A stretch of DNA of 64,000 nt from Phoronis australis (Eukaryota > Animalia > Phoronida). Below the pieces are notes generated by a model. The model did no database searches and was not told the DNA's origin. It saw nothing but the letters and a program-made list of their open reading frames with translations. The stretch lies in NCBI GenBank assembly GCA_002633005.1, contig NMRA01000170.1, positions 503,007-567,006 on the forward strand. Reading direction: 5' to 3'. The position numbers were made by a program, and so were the translations under genes. Each line of letters begins with the position of its first letter. Position 1 is the first letter of the stretch. Shown piece after piece: positions 62,301 to 64,000 of this stretch.

Positions 62301-63105
62301 ATAAAAAGATGCCCACTTATGTGTAGTGATATTTAAAACACAATGTAGCGTTCACTCTCTTTGTATATTGAAGCACAAAACTGACCTAGTAATGAAAATA
62401 AAACAACATATGAAAGGGCAATCAATGTTTTCACCCGTCTACAACTGTAGAAAAATTTTTAAGAACATTGTTGAGTCCTTATTTGAGACTACTGTTTCAT
62501 GTGACCTGGCGATGGAGCCTTTGCTGAATGTCTGGAATATGTGGTCATTTTACATGACTTACTTTTTTCCCTGAAGTGAAAATTTATGCCAATGTGCCAT
62601 ACACTTGGTATTTCGGAATAAACATCTCCGTTGACCATTGTATTCATTATTTGACTAAGATTTGTTCTTCATGTCTGGAGCCTGTTCCACAAAAATATCG
62701 TAGCTTAGCAATGTTTTATTCAGAGTTCAAAGTGAAACTTGTGCAAAAACCAGTGACTACTCACAGGTCTTTGCTTGGGCTCATGACCGCTATAGTGAAA
62801 CATGCCTTCCTGGATATAAAACATGTTTAGAAAACTCAACTTTTCTCTCAGAAGTTCTTTGTTTTTAAAAACTCAAAACAAAGCAAAACACCGGTAAATC
62901 TATGTCAAAACACAACAGTCGCGTGAACAGTGACTCCATGATGGAGTGCTTTCAGGCAAAATTTCTTGCGGGTAATTGGGGGCTGAGCAAACGCCATTCA
63001 ATGATTTAATAATTGCTTTTTTGTGCCGTTTCAGTATCCAACAGGTGGATTCATGAGCGAGGCCAAGAGTTTACATATCCATGTTCGCTGAACCAGAATG
63101 AATAA
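35150..63105 (+). CDS. P4HA: Prolyl 4-hydroxylase alpha subunit, copy B (spliced; exons 3-4 apparently missing, so a truncated isoform or young pseudogene)
   Basis: Signal peptide + ELFTAMMELEKVL N-terminus, GNPINSYLLIKRFTRDW, then exons 5-14 all open with GT-AG sites. Confidence 0.9.
36741..36892 (+). CDS. P4HA: P4HA copy B exon 2 (VAEDFQSHSQSALADLDHHLGNPINSYLLIKRFTRDWAQVESLIRDGPVV)
   Basis: tttcag|TGTT...TTG|gtaatg, 152 nt, phase 2-1. Confidence 0.9.
37318..38330 (+). mobile_element. Decayed hAT transposon fragment
   Basis: Starts CAGGCCCGTAGCCAGGGGGGGGGTTCGGGGGGTTC; RNNIALR-like transposase remnant at ~37665. Right end approximate. Confidence 0.45.
39971..40896. mobile_element. Paralogous copy of the MULE MITE, with a nested 110-bp retro-insertion
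   Basis: Same TIRs and (C/T)TCTGGATC TSD as 1467-2279. Confidence 0.8.
40446..40554 (-). mobile_element. Very short poly(A)-tailed retroposed fragment with 10-bp TSD
   Basis: TSD ATGAAATTGT (40436-40445, 40555-40564), T-tract at left, AATAAA on minus strand; single ATGAAATTGT at the empty site (1932). Confidence 0.8.
42916..42967 (+). CDS. P4HA: P4HA copy B exon 5 (QGNVRKALILTDELLAI)
   Basis: 52 nt, AG/GT intact; phase 0 start is incompatible with the exon 2 end (phase 1). Confidence 0.8.
44932..45125 (+). CDS. P4HA: P4HA copy B exon 6
   Basis: 194 nt, open, AG/GT. Confidence 0.9.
45513..45686 (+). CDS. P4HA: P4HA copy B exon 7
   Basis: 174 nt, PNPDVRKLKCFY...KMAEPR. Confidence 0.92.
46993..47063 (+). 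CDS. P4HA: P4HA copy B exon 8 (LHRSMIQNSTTGKREFAPYRISK/S)
   Basis: 71 nt, AG/GT. Confidence 0.88.
47175..47977. mobile_element. Tc1/mariner-type MITE, TA TSD, copy-B specific
   Basis: CCTAAAGTCGTGA / TCACGACTTTAGG inverted termini; empty site tatata|cactcatcgg at ~14630. Confidence 0.75.
49039..52614 (+). mobile_element. Decayed Academ DNA transposon (XPG-like nuclease region)
   Basis: ~280-bp TIRs (49039-49320 / 52340-52614). Remnant motifs CNHLKAKTSVIIH...IIIRVSDDILVLLLHH (HEEADT/DTDV-like), LCAALLGLHVFTGC, FPPCEAEL, DYG and an acidic tail at 50750-51618. Confidence 0.75.
52724..53967 (+). mobile_element. Helentron/HINE-like element
   Basis: TTTTTATGCGCCCAC ... GTGGGCGCAT + CAACGCTCCACGTTG hairpin + CTCTTGTTT. 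Confidence 0.7.
54099..54198 (+). CDS. P4HA: P4HA copy B exon 9 (AALRTRDAPFLETLEQRVADFTQLNMKVAEELQ)
   Basis: 100 nt, AG/GT. Confidence 0.9.
54430..55258 (+). mobile_element. Copy of the tRNA-like-module element (tRNA-like part 55098-55171)
   Basis: A box TGGTGTAGTGA, B box GGTTCGAAACC; absent from copy A at ~16192. Confidence 0.8.
55577..55631 (+). pseudogene. Alternative HxD exon 10a, copy B (VVNY-GIGGRYEPHHDFAG with a +1 frameshift)
   Basis: ttctag|GTTGTCAATTAT-T-GGGATT...GGG|gtaagt, 55 nt. Confidence 0.8.
55975..56028 (+). CDS. P4HA: P4HA copy B exon 10b (VANYGIGGHYVPHFDHAL)
   Basis: 54 nt, AG/GT. Confidence 0.92.
57130..57201 (+). pseudogene. Alternative exon 11a (KTYENMTPIERRDGNRMIATVLFY), donor reads ATAAGT
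   Basis: ttgcag acceptor, 72 nt open, phase 0-0, GNR..ATVLFY motif; probable GT>AT donor mutation. Confidence 0.75.
57768..57833 (+). CDS. P4HA: P4HA copy B exon 11 (KEEVDAFKSLGTGNRIATVLFY)
   Basis: 66 nt, AG/GT. Confidence 0.93.
58485..59276 (+). mobile_element. Copy of the tRNA-like-module element with both inverted termini
   Basis: TTATACCACAAGATTAGCCTCGAATGGC / GCCATTCGAGGCTAATATTGTGGTATAA; absent from copy A at ~19860. Confidence 0.8.
59826..59894 (+). CDS. P4HA: P4HA copy B exon 12
   Basis: 69 nt, LSDVEAGGATVFTKIGVKVFPKK. Confidence 0.94.
60692..61973 (+). mobile_element. Complete Helentron/HINE-like element inserted in a T-run without TSD
   Basis: Subterminal inverted repeats ATGCGCCCAC (60698) / GTGGGCGCAT (61940), CGTC microsatellite near the 5' end, 3' hairpin; empty site acaccctagatttatttttc at ~24732. 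Confidence 0.8.
62016..62112 (+). CDS. P4HA: P4HA copy B exon 13 (GTAAFWHNLYKNGQGNFDTRHGACPVLTGSKW)
   Basis: 97 nt, AG/GT. Confidence 0.94.
63035..63105 (+). CDS. P4HA: P4HA copy B last coding exon (ISNRWIHERGQEFTYPCSLNQNE*)
   Basis: tttcag|TATCC...TAA. Confidence 0.94.
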
Positions 63106-64000
63106 TGCAAAACTTTTAAACATACAACTCGGAAGTAGGGCTACTTTTTGTTTCAATAGACGAGCTGTGAATGTAATTTTATTAAAATATTGAACTACGG
63201 GTAGTCAGTTTTGAAAATGACTCAAACAAATGCGAATTTCTATTCTACTTAAAGTGCTTAAAACCACCATATACCTTGTTTTGGCAAGTGACTGGTAGAT
63301 TGTCAGCATTACTGCATATCACAACCATGTATTCATTATCCAAAAACAAGAAAAAAAAGATATTGAAGGTGTGCTCCATGTACCTGGTTGTGACTATGAA
63401 CTTACTCAGCGCCATTGTGTCAGGTCCACCAAAACGCAAGTTTCTGGGTCAAACTTCTACCATATCTTTGCTTCTCTGATGTCTCGTGGAAAAATGAAGA
63501 TCCAGAGGGTGTGTAAATACCGAGTTTAATTACCACCATGAACACAATTCGCTATTCCTTATTCCATAAGGCACTCAATATCAGAGGACTTTTCACACTA
63601 AACACAATGGAGGATGACTAGTGCTGTGATTGGTTGTCCCGATTGTTCGTAGTATGTATCGACCAATAAATGCTCCTAAATGGAGTTCAGCTAATTAGCA
63701 TATTGTCAGGTGATGTTTGCAGTGTTCTGATTTGACAGTCCACTTGTATGGTTCTTTTTGATGTTTTTGATATGGAATTGATGGTTTTAAGCACTGTAAA
63801 AAATGAAAGTGTGACAAATCGAAGCAGCAGTCATGTCTTGCGTTGCCTTAAATGAACTTCTGGTTGAAAAGTGTCTTGTGAGTTGGGGCAAGATTACACT
63901 GGCGTTATGCGCCATGTTAATGTTTTGCTGGTAAGTTGCTGATCTTCAAGTTAAGATTCAAATATGGATTTTTGTAATGGTAATTGGTGATGTTATTTCC

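Overview
AT-rich, intron-rich animal genomic DNA, probably a marine invertebrate (inferred from gene structure and repeat types; no species call). The window holds two tandem, recently duplicated, plus-strand copies of a collagen prolyl 4-hydroxylase alpha-subunit gene (P4HA family). Copy A runs from exon '5' (6890) to the stop codon (25844); its 5' exons are not in the window. Copy B runs from ATG 35150 to stop 63105 but appears to lack the exons for most of the peptide-substrate-binding domain. Both copies keep the HxD, distal His and 2-oxoglutarate Lys catalytic residues. The catalytic-domain introns hold extra, partly decayed alternative exons: a second HxD exon, extra GNRIAT exons and weaker remnants of other catalytic exons. 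Exons 6-8 of copy A appear twice around a single-N contig join, which may be a haplotype artefact. Introns and the intergenic region are dense in transposon remnants: an internally deleted LINE with a 5' HDV-like ribozyme fold, Helentron-like, hAT-like, MULE, Kolobok, Academ, Tc1/mariner-type and CMC-type elements, Penelope-like hammerhead remnants, and a dispersed element carrying a tRNA-like Pol III module. Exon numbers are my working labels. All calls come from manual reading, with no database searches.
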